Assembly (NCBI GenBank): GCA_963705085.1 | Contig: CAVPIV010000001.1 | Span: forward strand, 22,443 to 86,442 | DNA length: 64,000 nucleotides | Origin: an uncultured Thermoleophilia bacterium | GTDB lineage: Bacteria; Actinomycetota; Thermoleophilia; UBA2241 | Reading direction: 5' to 3' | Shown here: positions 28,400 through 38,177 of the stretch, piece after piece | Position numbering within the stretch: position 1 is the first letter of the stretch | Layout: the number at the start of each line of letters is the position of its first letter | The notes under the pieces: generated by a model | Seen by the model: the letters and a program-made list of their open reading frames with translations, nothing else | Database searches by the model: none | What the model was told of the DNA's origin: nothing | Made by a program: the position numbers and the translations under genes

Positions 28400-30112
28400 T
28401 CAGTAGTCCAGTCTCAGGTCCCGCACGGTCGCACGGACGGCGTCCGCCGTTGCGTCGTCCGGCATCCCCTCGGCTTCGAGCTCCGCGGCGAGGCGCGCGC
28501 GGTAGTGTGCCACTTCCCGCGCGACCGCGGTCTCGTCCCAGCCGAGGACAGGGGCCATCAGCCGGGCCACTGTCTCGACGGCCCGGCGGCCTCGGTCCGC
28601 CGTCTCGAACGAGATGTGGGTGCGGCGGGTGAGCACGTCGTCGACATGCAGAGCGCCCTCGTGCGACGCCGCGTAGCCGGCGTCGGCGGCCAGGTAGGTC
28701 TCGGCGCCCGGCAGCGGCGCGCCGAGAGACGGATCGGCGGCGATGAGATCAAGGACTTCCAGCGCCAGCGAGCCTCGGCGGTCGACGAGGCGGCGGATCT
28801 GCCCTGCGGTGAGACCGGCGGCGCCGGGGTGCGCGGTCGCGCGCCGCCAGGTCGTCGCCAGCCCCTCGGCTCCGAGCAGCGGCACATCGGCCGTCACGCT
28901 GGCGGGCACCTCGAAGCCCATCTCGACGGCGGCCGCGTCGACGGCGTCGCGCGCCATCAGCCTGTAGGTCGTGAACTTGCCCCCGAGCACACTCACGAGG
29001 CCCGGCGCGCTGCGCCGTACCTCGTGCTCGCGCGAGACCCGGGTCGTGTCCCTGCCCCCGGCGCTCGCCAAGGGCCTCAGACCTGCGTACACGCCGACGA
29101 CGTCGTCGCGGGTCAGGGGCCGTTCGAGCACGAGGTTCACCTCCGCGAGCAGGTACTCGATGTCGGCGCGGTTCGCCGCTGGGTGGTCGAGATGCAGTGC
29201 CCAGTCCGTGTCGGTCGTGCCGATGATCCAGTGCTCACCCCAGGGCAGGACGAACAGGACGCTCTTCTCCGTCGGGACGATGAGGGCGTAGGACGAGTCG
29301 ATGCACTCCCGCGGAACCACCAGATGGATGCCCTTGGACGGTCGAACGGCGCCGGGACGGTCGACGCCGGCGAGGCGCTCGGTCTCCGTCGTCCAGACCC
29401 CGGTCGCGTTGAGGACGACTCGGGCGGCGACGTCGAACTCGCGGTGCGCCTCCTCGTCCAGCGCGCGCACTCCGGTGACCCGCTCTCCGTCACGGTGCAC
29501 GGCGATGGCGCGCACGGCCGCGACGCAGACCGCGCCGTGGGCCGCGGCCGTGCGCGCCAGGGTCGCCACGAAGTACGAGTCGTCGACCTGGGCGTCGAAG
29601 TAGCGGATACCACCACACTGCGCGTCCCCTCGGAGCGCCGGCACGTCGCGCGAGCACGTCGCCTGTGCCAGGTGGTGGTGGTGCGGGACCGCGGGACGCA
29701 GGCCCGCCAGCGCGTCGTAGATGGCGAGGCCCGATCCCATCACAAAGCGGTCCCAGCCGGGCCGCTGCATCGGGAAGAGGAAGGGCGCCATGTGCACCAG
29801 GTGGGGGGCGATCGTCTCGAGCAGGAGGCTCCGCTCGTGCAGCGCCTCGCGCACCAGCCCGACATCGAAGTGCTCGAGGTAGCGCAGTCCACCGTGGATG
29901 AGCTTGCTCGAGCGGCTCGACGTGCCGGCGGCGAAGTCGCGCTTCTCGATGAGCGCGACGCTGAGGCCCCGGCTCGCCGCGTCGAGGGCGGCGCCGCAGC
30001 CCGTGACGCCGCCCCCGATGACGAGGACGTCGAAGAGCCCGCCGCTGAGTCGCGCCAGCGCCCGGCGGCGGGCCTCGGGACCTAGCTGCGATGTGAACGG
30101 ACCTGATTCCAA
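28400..30112 (-). CDS. glpD: FAD-dependent glycerol-3-phosphate dehydrogenase
   Basis: DVLVIGGGVTGCGAALDAASRGLSVALIEKRDFAAGTSSRSSKLIHGGLRY... and C-terminal GlpD domain. Confidence 0.9.
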   Translation of the reverse strand: MESGPFTSQLGPEARRRALARLSGGLFDVLVIGGGVTGCGAALDAASRGLSVALIEKRDFAAGTSSRSSKLIHGGLRYLEHFDVGLVREALHERSLLLETIAPHLVHMAPFLFPMQRPGWDRFVMGSGLAIYDALAGLRPAVPHHHHLAQATCSRDVPALRGDAQCGGIRYFDAQVDDSYFVATLARTAAAHGAVCVAAVRAIAVHRDGERVTGVRALDEEAHREFDVAARVVLNATGVWTTETERLAGVDRPGAVRPSKGIHLVVPRECIDSSYALIVPTEKSVLFVLPWGEHWIIGTTDTDWALHLDHPAANRADIEYLLAEVNLVLERPLTRDDVVGVYAGLRPLASAGGRDTTRVSREHEVRRSAPGLVSVLGGKFTTYRLMARDAVDAAAVEMGFEVPASVTADVPLLGAEGLATTWRRATAHPGAAGLTAGQIRRLVDRRGSLALEVLDLIAADPSLGAPLPGAETYLAADAGYAASHEGALHVDDVLTRRTHISFETADRGRRAVETVARLMAPVLGWDETAVAREVAHYRARLAAELEAEGMPDDATADAVRATVRDLRLDY

Positions 30113-30255
30113 GAGACCGGCCGACTCCCACCGCCTTCGAGTCTGGCGCCGAACGATCGTCTGGCGTCTGCCCCAAGTCTACCCGCGGCGGCGGCTCGTG
30201 CCAGCGCTGGACCCTTTGACTGCCAGGCGCTGGCGGCGCTCGGGCTCAGGTCCGG

Positions 30256-31848
30256 TCAGGCGACGTCGCGCCGGCGAAACCCCGCGAGCCCGGCCGCGAC
30301 CAACCCGGCGGCCACGGCGGAGAGCCAGAGGAGCGGCGCGGCGGTGATCTCCATGGCCGGCGCCTTGGGCACGTGCGCGAACGGCGAGAGGTCCATGACC
30401 AGGGATGGCAGTTCCAGGAGGGCTCCGAGCTCGCCAAGCAGCACGAAGGCGACGAGTGCCGCCCAGGCGAGCGCGGCGAAGCGCGGGAAGATGCCGAACA
30501 GCGCCACGGCGATCCCGGTGAGCACCCAGGCCGCCGGGAGCTGGACGAGCGCGCCGCTCAGGACGCGACCGACCTGACCGCCATCCTCGGTCTGAGCCGC
30601 GAGCGCGACTCCGGCGCTCAGGCCACCGAGCACGAGCAGGACCGTGGTGCCGGCGACGGCGACGATGATGTGGCTGCCGGCCCATCGCACCCTGCCCACG
30701 GCGGTCGCGAGCAGCGGCTCGGCGTGCAGTTCCACTTCCTCATGGCGCAGCCGAAGGGCGGCCTGCACGCCGTAGGCCGCCGCGAAGATGCCGACGAAGC
30801 CGAGCTCGGCCGTGATGAAGGCATCGGTGAGGCCGGCCTTGCCGCCGAGCGCCTCGATCATGGCGCGCGCCTCGGGGCTGGTGAAGAAGTCGCCGACGTT
30901 GGCGGCGATGCCGCCGAAGACTGCTCCCAGCAGCAGGAAGGCGACCAACCAGCCGAGCAGGACGCCACGCTGGAGGCGCCACGCGAGGGCGAGCGGCGAG
31001 CGCAGACGCGGGTTCGCGGCCGCAGGCCCCGGCCGATCCGGGAGCAGGCCGGCGCCGAGGTCGCGTCTGGCCGCGAGGGCGTAGCCTGCCGCGGCCGCCG
31101 CACATGAGAACCCGAACAGGATCAGCAGCACCCACCAGCGGTCTCCCGCGAACGGGCGCACCTGCTGGCCCCAGCCGACGGGCGAGACCCACGTGAGCCA
31201 CCGGGCCGGGCCGGTGGAGGTGTCGCCGACCGCTCTGAGGAGGTAGACGGCGCCTAGGGTCGCCGCGGCGATGCCGCTGGCGGCCCGGGCGCTGCGGGTG
31301 AGCTGGGCGGCGACGGCGGCGATCGTGGCGAAGGCCACCCCGATGCCCGCCCACGACAGGCCGAAGGCGATCGAGCCCGCCAGCGGCAGCTCGATCGCCG
31401 CCAGCGCCACCGCGGTCACGACGCCGAGCAAGAGGCTCGCGCCGACGCCGACGACGAGCGCCGCCGTCAGCGGCGCGTAGCGGCCCACGACGCCGGCGCC
31501 GAGGAGTTCCAGGCGCCCGCTCTCCTCCTCCGAACGCGTGTGGCGGATCACCGTGAACAACGCCAGCAGCGCCACCATGGCGGCGCCCATGCCTCCCATC
31601 TTGATCATCGCCACGGCGCCCAGCGACGTTTCGTCGTAGATGCGGCCGTACAGCGCCACGAGGGAGGCCATGCTGTTGATCGCGGCCGCCGCCTGCACGC
31701 GCGACTCGACCGTCGGGTAGAGCGCGACGGTCGCCGACGTCGAAAACGTGACCATCACGACGAAGGCCGCGATACAGGCGGGCAGGAGGATGCGATCGCG
31801 GCGAACGGCCAGGCGCACCAGCGGCCACGTGCCGGTGAGCGAGCTCAC
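30256..31848 (-). CDS. ABC exporter permease (large 12-TM ABC-2-type)
   Basis: 530-aa polytopic membrane protein immediately downstream of the ATPase (5-nt gap). Confidence 0.8.
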   Translation of the reverse strand: MSSLTGTWPLVRLAVRRDRILLPACIAAFVVMVTFSTSATVALYPTVESRVQAAAAINSMASLVALYGRIYDETSLGAVAMIKMGGMGAAMVALLALFTVIRHTRSEEESGRLELLGAGVVGRYAPLTAALVVGVGASLLLGVVTAVALAAIELPLAGSIAFGLSWAGIGVAFATIAAVAAQLTRSARAASGIAAATLGAVYLLRAVGDTSTGPARWLTWVSPVGWGQQVRPFAGDRWWVLLILFGFSCAAAAAGYALAARRDLGAGLLPDRPGPAAANPRLRSPLALAWRLQRGVLLGWLVAFLLLGAVFGGIAANVGDFFTSPEARAMIEALGGKAGLTDAFITAELGFVGIFAAAYGVQAALRLRHEEVELHAEPLLATAVGRVRWAGSHIIVAVAGTTVLLVLGGLSAGVALAAQTEDGGQVGRVLSGALVQLPAAWVLTGIAVALFGIFPRFAALAWAALVAFVLLGELGALLELPSLVMDLSPFAHVPKAPAMEITAAPLLWLSAVAAGLVAAGLAGFRRRDVA

Positions 31849-31852
31849 CTCG

Positions 31853-32797
31853 TCACCGCCCGTCGTCCGCCGCCGCGGGGTCGCTGTCGCCGCCCGCTCC
31901 TCTGAGGCCCTGGCCCTTCTCCCGGTAGTAGCTCAGGAAGAGCTGCTCCAAGGTGGGTGGATGACTGGTCAGACCCTTCACGCCGACGGCCGTCAGACGC
32001 TCGAGGACGGCGTTGAGGTGCTCGGGCTCGACTTCGCAGCGCAGACGCGGCCCGTCGATCCGCAGGTCGTGAACGCCCGCCGGCATCTCCCCTACGCCCG
32101 CCGGATCCCCGGCCAGCTCAGCCTCGAGGGAGATGCGCATGAGGTGGCGTAGCTCGAGCAGGCTGCCGCTCTCGACGGCGCGGCCCTCACGGATGATCGT
32201 CACGCGATCGGATAGCGCCTCGACCTCCGCGAGGATGTGGCTCGAGAGGAGCACGGTGCGGCCGCGGCTGCGCTCCTCGCGGACGCACTCGCGAAACAGC
32301 GCCTCCATGAGGGGATCGAGCCCCGCCGTCGGTTCGTCGAGGATCAACAGCTCGACATCCGAGGCGAGCGCCGCGACCAGCGCGACCTTCTGGCGGTTGC
32401 CCTTCGAGTAGGCACGCGCCCGCTTGGTCGGGTCCAGCTCGAACCGCTCCAGCAAGCCGGCGCGGCGTCGCGGGTCGAGGCCGCCGCGCAGCCGCCCGAG
32501 CAGGTCGATGACCTCTCCTCCGGTGAGGTTTGGCCAGAGGGCTACGTCGCCGGGAACGTAGGCGAGTCGGCGATGGAGGCTTGCCACGTCGCGCCACGGA
32601 TCGCCGCCGAGCAGCTTGACTGTCCCGGCGTCCGCCCGCAGCAGGCCGAGCAGCACTCGTATCGTGGTCGACTTGCCCGCCCCGTTCGGCCCCAGAAAGC
32701 CGTGAACCTCCCCCACCTCGACCGTCAGGTCGAGTCCGTCGAGAGCGCGGGTCGTGCCGAATGACTTGCTCAGCCCCGCGATGGTCACTGCGTCCAC
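31853..32797 (-). CDS. ABC transporter ATP-binding protein
   Basis: [27 protein letters not shown]. Confidence 0.9.
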   Translation of the reverse strand: MDAVTIAGLSKSFGTTRALDGLDLTVEVGEVHGFLGPNGAGKSTTIRVLLGLLRADAGTVKLLGGDPWRDVASLHRRLAYVPGDVALWPNLTGGEVIDLLGRLRGGLDPRRRAGLLERFELDPTKRARAYSKGNRQKVALVAALASDVELLILDEPTAGLDPLMEALFRECVREERSRGRTVLLSSHILAEVEALSDRVTIIREGRAVESGSLLELRHLMRISLEAELAGDPAGVGEMPAGVHDLRIDGPRLRCEVEPEHLNAVLERLTAVGVKGLTSHPPTLEQLFLSYYREKGQGLRGAGGDSDPAAADDGR

Positions 32798-32952
32798 GAT
32801 CCACCTTCGCCGGAGACGTCCTCACAGCGATGCTACACGCCGTCGAACGTTCGTCCAAGCTTGTGAGATGATGCTTGCGTATCGTCTTCAGCGGCGCGCG
32901 AAACGGTCTCGGAGCACGCACTCGCGCGACGCTCTTCGCTTGGGAGGCCGTC

Positions 32953-33648
32953 GTGACCCAAGGAGTCGCCGAGGAGGCCGCGAGGGCGGAGCGCCGGGCG
33001 GCGACGCCGATCGCCGGCGCCATCGCCGGCATGCTGTTCGCCGTTCTGTTCAGCGTCAGCGTCTTGATCATCACGGGCACGATGTCGGAGCTCAAGAACG
33101 ACACCGGCGCGTGGCTCGAGACCGGCGCGGATCAGTTCAAGTTCGCTCTGGCTCTTCTCCCCTTCGCCGGCCTCTTCTTCCTCTGGTTCATCGCCGTGGC
33201 GCGAGATCGTCTCGGCCGTTTCGAGGACCAGTTCTTCGCCACGGTGTTCCTCGGCAGCGGTCTGCTGTTCCTCGCCATGATGTTCTCCGCCGCGGCGTCC
33301 GCAGGGGCCATCATCGCCGTCTACGCCCAGGACCCCTCGGGGTTCTCCACCAGCGTGACGTACGTCTTCGCCCGCAACGTCGTCGCGCAGATCTTCGGCG
33401 TCTACGCCCTGCGCATGGCCGCGGTCTTCCTCATCGCCAATGGCACGTTGTGGCTCCGCACGGGGGTGATGCCGCGCTGGATGGCATTTGTGACGTACGG
33501 CGTCGCGCTGGTTCTGCTCTTCGTGTTCACGGAAGCGAAGTGGGTCGTCCTCGTGTTCCCGGCGTGGGTGTTCGCCGTCAGTCTGTACATCCTCGTCGTC
33601 AACGTTCGCCGGGGCGGGCAGGCTGTGCCGATGAGCGCTAACGGGTGA
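32953..33648 (+). CDS. Hypothetical polytopic membrane protein
   Basis: GTG 5 nt after GGGAGG; six predicted TM helices. Confidence 0.6.
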   Translation: MTQGVAEEAARAERRAATPIAGAIAGMLFAVLFSVSVLIITGTMSELKNDTGAWLETGADQFKFALALLPFAGLFFLWFIAVARDRLGRFEDQFFATVFLGSGLLFLAMMFSAAASAGAIIAVYAQDPSGFSTSVTYVFARNVVAQIFGVYALRMAAVFLIANGTLWLRTGVMPRWMAFVTYGVALVLLFVFTEAKWVVLVFPAWVFAVSLYILVVNVRRGGQAVPMSANG

Positions 33649-33740
33649 TGGAGGGAACCAGGTTGGGCGAACAGAACGCGGTCGTCTCGCGTTTCCCAAG
33701 AAGGTGCGCGGCAAGGCCTGCGCTGAGGAGGGGCGAGATC

Positions 33741-34181
33741 ATGGGAAGGACCATCGAGCGACGCGCGGGAGCGGCCGCCGCCGCCGGAGCCCTGCTGGCC
33801 GCTCTCGTTCTGGCGCTGGCCGCCGCCTCACTCGCGGGCTGCGGCGGCGACGAAGCCCCGCCGGCCGTGTACACTGAGTCCGACAGCGGCAAGACCGTCA
33901 GCGCCGCGGTCGGCGACAGCATCGTCATTCGTCTTGTCGAGAACCCCTCAACGGGCTACACGTGGCAGGTCAACCTCTCTGCCGGCCTGGAGGAGCAGGC
34001 GGACAGCTACATCGAGCCGAGTGTCGCTCCCGGCGTGGTCGGCGCGGCAGGGACTCGCGAGATCACGGTCGCGGTGACGGCTGCGGGGAGTCAGTCGATC
34101 GAGGGCCGGTACGTGAGACCCTGGGAGGACGAGTCCACGCCGGCCGTGCAGACGGTCTCGCTGACGATCGAGGTCGAGTAG
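33741..34181 (+). CDS. Chagasin-like (I42 family) protease-inhibitor lipoprotein
   Basis: Lipobox LAGC; NPSTGYTWQ motif; GAGGAGGGG SD. Confidence 0.65.
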   Translation: MGRTIERRAGAAAAAGALLAALVLALAAASLAGCGGDEAPPAVYTESDSGKTVSAAVGDSIVIRLVENPSTGYTWQVNLSAGLEEQADSYIEPSVAPGVVGAAGTREITVAVTAAGSQSIEGRYVRPWEDESTPAVQTVSLTIEVE

Positions 34182-34313
34182 CGCCGCCTCTGGACGGCGC
34201 CAGAGGGCGACGGTCGCGAGCCGTCGCGACTCGTAGACGCGACGCGGCGGGATGTGCCGTCGGCGCGTCCTGGGGTATTACGTGCCGGAAGACGTTTGAC
34301 GGGAGGGGGGCTA

Positions 34314-34706
34314 ATGCTCAGATTCCTGGCTTCCATTGTTCTGCGCCTGCTGGCGAACGCCGCCGGGCTGCTCATCGCCGCGGCAGTCCTGTCCGGTTTC
34401 TCGGTGACTGCCGCTGCCTTCGTCCTCGCCGTACTCATCTTCACGGTGGTCGAAGTGGTGCTCGACCCGCTCATGGTCAAGATCTCCCTGCAGTACGCGC
34501 CCGTCTTGAGGGGCGGAGTGGCTCTCGTGACCACCTTCCTCGGCCTCGTCGTCACGACCATCATCACCGACGGGATGACGATCAATGGGCTCACCGCCTG
34601 GGTCGTCGGCACCCTCATCGTCTGGCTCGGCGGAGTGCTGGCGGCGCTGCTGTTGCCGCTCCTCCTCTTCAAGAAGACCATGCGCGGACAGGGAGAGCGG
34701 CGCTAG
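34314..34706 (+). CDS. Phage holin family 4 (DUF360) membrane protein
   Basis: Four-TM small protein MLRFLASIVLRLLANAAGLL...; GGGAGGGGGG SD. Confidence 0.6.
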   Translation: MLRFLASIVLRLLANAAGLLIAAAVLSGFSVTAAAFVLAVLIFTVVEVVLDPLMVKISLQYAPVLRGGVALVTTFLGLVVTTIITDGMTINGLTAWVVGTLIVWLGGVLAALLLPLLLFKKTMRGQGERR

Positions 34707-34761
34707 TCGGCAGCCGCTGCTCGGCTGCAGACGGTCACCAGTCGCAAAGGAAGGGGAGCAC

Positions 34762-35295
34762 ATGGAGGGGAGAACGGCGTGGATCGCCCTGTCGGTTCTC
34801 ACGGGGCTGCTGATGGTCGCGCTCGGCATCGTCTTCCTGGCGCGACCCGACTTGAGTCTGGCCTCCGTGCTCCTGCTGTTCGGCGCCGCCACGATCGCCT
34901 ACGGCGTCATCCTGACGCTTGCCGGGCTGATTGGACGAACGGAGAGCCGCGGCTGGGCGATGGGCGTCGGTCTGCTGGCGGTGCTCTTCGGCGTCGTCGT
35001 CCTCGTCTGGCCGGAGTCGACCGCCCTGACGCTCCTGTACGTCATCGCCGCCTGGATGATCATCTCCGGCATCGCCGAGGCGGCGTCCGCCTTCCGGGGA
35101 CGCGTGACCGGCGGTCAGCGCGCGTGGCGGCTCGTCACAGGCCTGCTCGCGATCGGTGTCGGCATCCTCTTCTTCGCGCGCCCGGCCGGGGGCGCGCTGG
35201 CTCTGCTCTGGCTGATCGGGATCTACCTGATCGCCCTCGGCCTGCTGCGGATCGCGCAGGCGTTCACCGGCGCGCCTCCGGCGCAGGCCGCATAG
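34762..35295 (+). CDS. HdeD/DUF308 family acid-resistance membrane protein
   Basis: Repeated LxxGxxLIxxGI pattern; GGAAGGGGA SD. Confidence 0.7.
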   Translation: MEGRTAWIALSVLTGLLMVALGIVFLARPDLSLASVLLLFGAATIAYGVILTLAGLIGRTESRGWAMGVGLLAVLFGVVVLVWPESTALTLLYVIAAWMIISGIAEAASAFRGRVTGGQRAWRLVTGLLAIGVGILFFARPAGGALALLWLIGIYLIALGLLRIAQAFTGAPPAQAA

Positions 35296-35309
35296 CACAC
35301 GGAGCCGTC

Positions 35310-35510
35310 TCAGTCGTCCGGTCCCGGCATCACGATCCACAGGATGATGTAGACGATGATGCCGGGGAATGCAGCCGAGGCTGCCGAGCCCACGACGTAG
35401 AGGAGACGCACGAGCGTTCTCGACCACCCCAGGTAGTCCGCGATCCCTCCGCAGACTCCGCCGATGAGGCGCCTGCGGGACCGTGTGAGTCTGTGACGCT
35501 GCGTGTTCAC
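35310..35510 (-). CDS. PspC domain protein
   Basis: RSRRRLIGGVCGGIADYLGW...IVYIILWIVMP; its GTG start overlaps the upstream stop (GTGA). Confidence 0.6.
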   Translation of the reverse strand: MNTQRHRLTRSRRRLIGGVCGGIADYLGWSRTLVRLLYVVGSAASAAFPGIIVYIILWIVMPGPDD

Positions 35511-35818
35511 GGTGCTCCTTCCGGGTTGCGGGCCGCGCGTGCGGGGTGAGGACCGCCGTACCTCTGGGCCGCGCGGTCGCGGGCCTTCGACGCCATCATC
35601 GCACGATCGCGGGGGGGAGCCGCCGTCACGAGGGCATTCAGGAGGACCGACGTTGCGGCGGCGACGTCGGCGACGCCTTGGGAGAACGCCGCCGCGTTGG
35701 CCGCCGATGGCGTTCGAAACCCACTGATCTTGCGGACGTATTGCGTGGCCGCCGCCCAGACCTCCTCACCGGTCGCGGGCGGCTCGATGTTGTAGAGCGT
35801 CCTGATGTTGCGGCACAC
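35507..35818 (-). CDS. DUF2277 family protein
   Basis: (M)CRNIRTLYNIEPPATGEEVWAAATQYVRKISGF matches the DUF2277 consensus; GTG start. Confidence 0.6.
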   Translation of the reverse strand: MCRNIRTLYNIEPPATGEEVWAAATQYVRKISGFRTPSAANAAAFSQGVADVAAATSVLLNALVTAAPPRDRAMMASKARDRAAQRYGGPHPARAARNPEGAP

Positions 35819-36032
35819 GGCGCTCACCTCGCCTTTCGGGGATCGCGGAGCTGTCGAACGGCAGATACCCGCATCATCGCCCATCCGCACTGGACCGCCG
35901 TGGTGCGCGGCCGTCGCCCGTTCGGTTACTCTGCGGCGCGAGACGGGGATATGCGGGTGGGCGCGCGTTCCGAAGAGTCGCGATGCCAGGTCCGGGCGCC
36001 GGGGGGCGCCGGGGAGAGTGAGAGGGGTGAAC

Positions 36033-37784
36033 ATGGGTGCTTCTTCAAGCTGCGCCCGGGGTTCGTTCGGCGGCATGCGTCCGCTGCTCGCGGTCTTCGG
36101 TCTCGCCGTGCTGGTCTGTGCCGCCGGCATGAGCGCCGCGCCCGCCTTCGCCGGCGTCGCCTGGACGAAGACGAGCCCCGGCTACGACAAGTACTACCAG
36201 GGCGTCGATTTCGTCGACAATCAGAACGGCTGGCTCGTCGGCGAGGAGCAGATCATTCTGCGTACCGAGGACGGCGGCGCCACCTGGACCCAGCAGCACC
36301 TCGCTCCGGGGGCCTACGGCCTCTACGCCGTGCAGATGTGGAGCACGACGCGGGGCTGGGCCGTCGGCAACGGCGGCGCCCTGTTCGGCACCACCAACGG
36401 GACCACGTGGGTCCAGCAGAGCGAGCCGCCACGCTCCTACCTGGGCCCCATGGAGGATCTCTGCTTCGTCAGCGCCAACGAAGGCTGGGCGGTGGGCAGC
36501 AGTTCCCACATCATCCACACGACGAGCGCCGGGGCGAGCTGGTCGATGAGCAACGGCGGGGTGCCGGAGGGCGTCGACGACATCTGGTTCAACGGCGTCG
36601 ATTTCGCCGACTCTCTGCACGGCTGGACGGTCGGCGAGGACTACCATGAGGGCAAGTTCTGGGCGAGCGTCTACGCCACGGCCAACGGCGGCGCGAGCTG
36701 GAGCTTCGAGTGGCCCGGGCGCACGTTCTGCCAGGGCGAGCTCAACGACGTCGAGTTCTTCGCGCCGAGCGGTCTGTGGGTGTGCGGCGAGGACACGACG
36801 AAGCCGTACGGTGAGCGCGGCATGATCTGGTACACGAACACGCCGAACGATCCCGTGTGGACCCGACAGGCGCTGCCCGCCGGCGTCGACAGCCTGAACG
36901 CCATTCACTTCGTGACCGCGACGGACGGCTGGGCGGTCGGGGACGACGTCATCCTTGTGACGACGAACGGGGGCGGCCTCTGGACGATCGAGTCGAACCC
37001 CTCCACGTACACCAGCATCCTCACGGATGTTGACTCGGTCGATGGTGTCACAGCCTGGGCGTCGGGCTTCGGCGACGTTGTCATGCGTCGCGGCAACACG
37101 CCGACGACCGCCGACGCGCTGCCGCTGCCGCAGTCGCCTGTCTCCGACGTCCTCGAACCCCCGTTCTTCCTGGACCTCTGGAGCCTGCGGCTGGACGGCC
37201 GTCAACAGGTCATCGTCACCATGACAGCAGGGGCCGACTCCCTCGAGACCTGTCTCTGGCCGCCGGGAACGCGGGAGGTCGCAGATCCGTCCACCGCGGT
37301 GGCGCGGTCCCGGACCTACGATGCAGTCAAGCGGTTCAAGTACATCGTGCCGGCCGGCGCCGGGGGCACCTACTACATCGAGGACTGGAGCACAGACTCG
37401 AGCGTCGCGAATGGCGCCTATTCCTTCACAGTCGACGTGCAGTCGCCCACGACTCGCGTGACGGTGACGCCGCCGGCCGTGAGCAAGAGCCTGAGGGCGT
37501 GGCGGGACTACACCTACTACGGGACGCTCAAGCCGCTGCACTTCTTCGGCGAGAAGTCCGTGATGGTGGTCTGGCAGCGGTACTCGGGCGGCCGCTGGCG
37601 TACCAACGCGACCATGCGACCGACGAACACCGACTACAGGGGCTACACGCGCTACGAGGTCAGCTTCCACTTCACGGCGTCCGGCAGCGGGACCATGCGC
37701 TGGCGTGTGCAAGCGATCCATCTGAAGGACGCGCTTCATCCGCAGACGGCGTCGGCCTGGCGGTACTTCACCGTCACCAACTGA
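36033..37784 (+). CDS. Secreted Ycf48/BNR-repeat-like (sialidase-fold) protein with C-terminal extra domain
   Basis: Signal peptide; repeated DGGATWT / NGGASW / TNGGGLWT motifs; GAGAGGGG SD before ATG 36033. Confidence 0.75.
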   Translation: MGASSSCARGSFGGMRPLLAVFGLAVLVCAAGMSAAPAFAGVAWTKTSPGYDKYYQGVDFVDNQNGWLVGEEQIILRTEDGGATWTQQHLAPGAYGLYAVQMWSTTRGWAVGNGGALFGTTNGTTWVQQSEPPRSYLGPMEDLCFVSANEGWAVGSSSHIIHTTSAGASWSMSNGGVPEGVDDIWFNGVDFADSLHGWTVGEDYHEGKFWASVYATANGGASWSFEWPGRTFCQGELNDVEFFAPSGLWVCGEDTTKPYGERGMIWYTNTPNDPVWTRQALPAGVDSLNAIHFVTATDGWAVGDDVILVTTNGGGLWTIESNPSTYTSILTDVDSVDGVTAWASGFGDVVMRRGNTPTTADALPLPQSPVSDVLEPPFFLDLWSLRLDGRQQVIVTMTAGADSLETCLWPPGTREVADPSTAVARSRTYDAVKRFKYIVPAGAGGTYYIEDWSTDSSVANGAYSFTVDVQSPTTRVTVTPPAVSKSLRAWRDYTYYGTLKPLHFFGEKSVMVVWQRYSGGRWRTNATMRPTNTDYRGYTRYEVSFHFTASGSGTMRWRVQAIHLKDALHPQTASAWRYFTVTN

Positions 37785-37883
37785 GCGCAGGCTGCCGCGG
37801 AGAGCCGTGCTCGCGGTGGGCATGAGCGGGCCAACTGCATGTCCGTGCAGTCCGATGGCGGGCGACCGAAGCCGGAAGGGATC

Positions 37884-37990
37884 CTGCCGCACACTATCGA
37901 CGCCGGTCAGACCTGGCAGGCCGTGGAACTGACGCGAATCTGGGGACGGGGCGATGCGGCTGCGGGGTCAGTCCGCGCCCTCGCCGCCCC
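37884..37990 (+). repeat. About 105-bp copy of the 3' end plus downstream region of the Ycf48-like gene (encodes an orphan ...LPHTIDAGQTWQ...)
   Basis: About 85% identical to 39147-39250 (CACAC[TG]ATCGACGCCGGTCAGACCTGGCAG...GACGCGAATC..GGGACGGGGCG.TGCGG). Confidence 0.6.
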
Positions 37991-38177
37991 TTTCTCTGGC
38001 GCCCAGAATCGCCCCGCGCGGCGAGGTCTGAGCACGCCCCGGCTTCGGCCGGCGAACGGTGACAGATTCCGATGACGGGGTACCTGATGACTGTCCGATT
38101 CACCTGCTGAGCAGGATGATCGTCATCTGCGTTCGTTGTACGGGGCGGGTGGAAGGACTCAATGGAGGGGATCAATC

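Noticed and set aside
37839-38075. 78-aa ORF MSVQSDGG...HTIDAGQTWQAVELTRIW... as an independent gene
   Set aside because: Its only protein-like part is the duplicated 12-residue C-terminal tail of the neighbouring Ycf48-like gene, carried on the about 105-bp repeat. There is no upstream domain and no RBS. I treat it as a duplication remnant.
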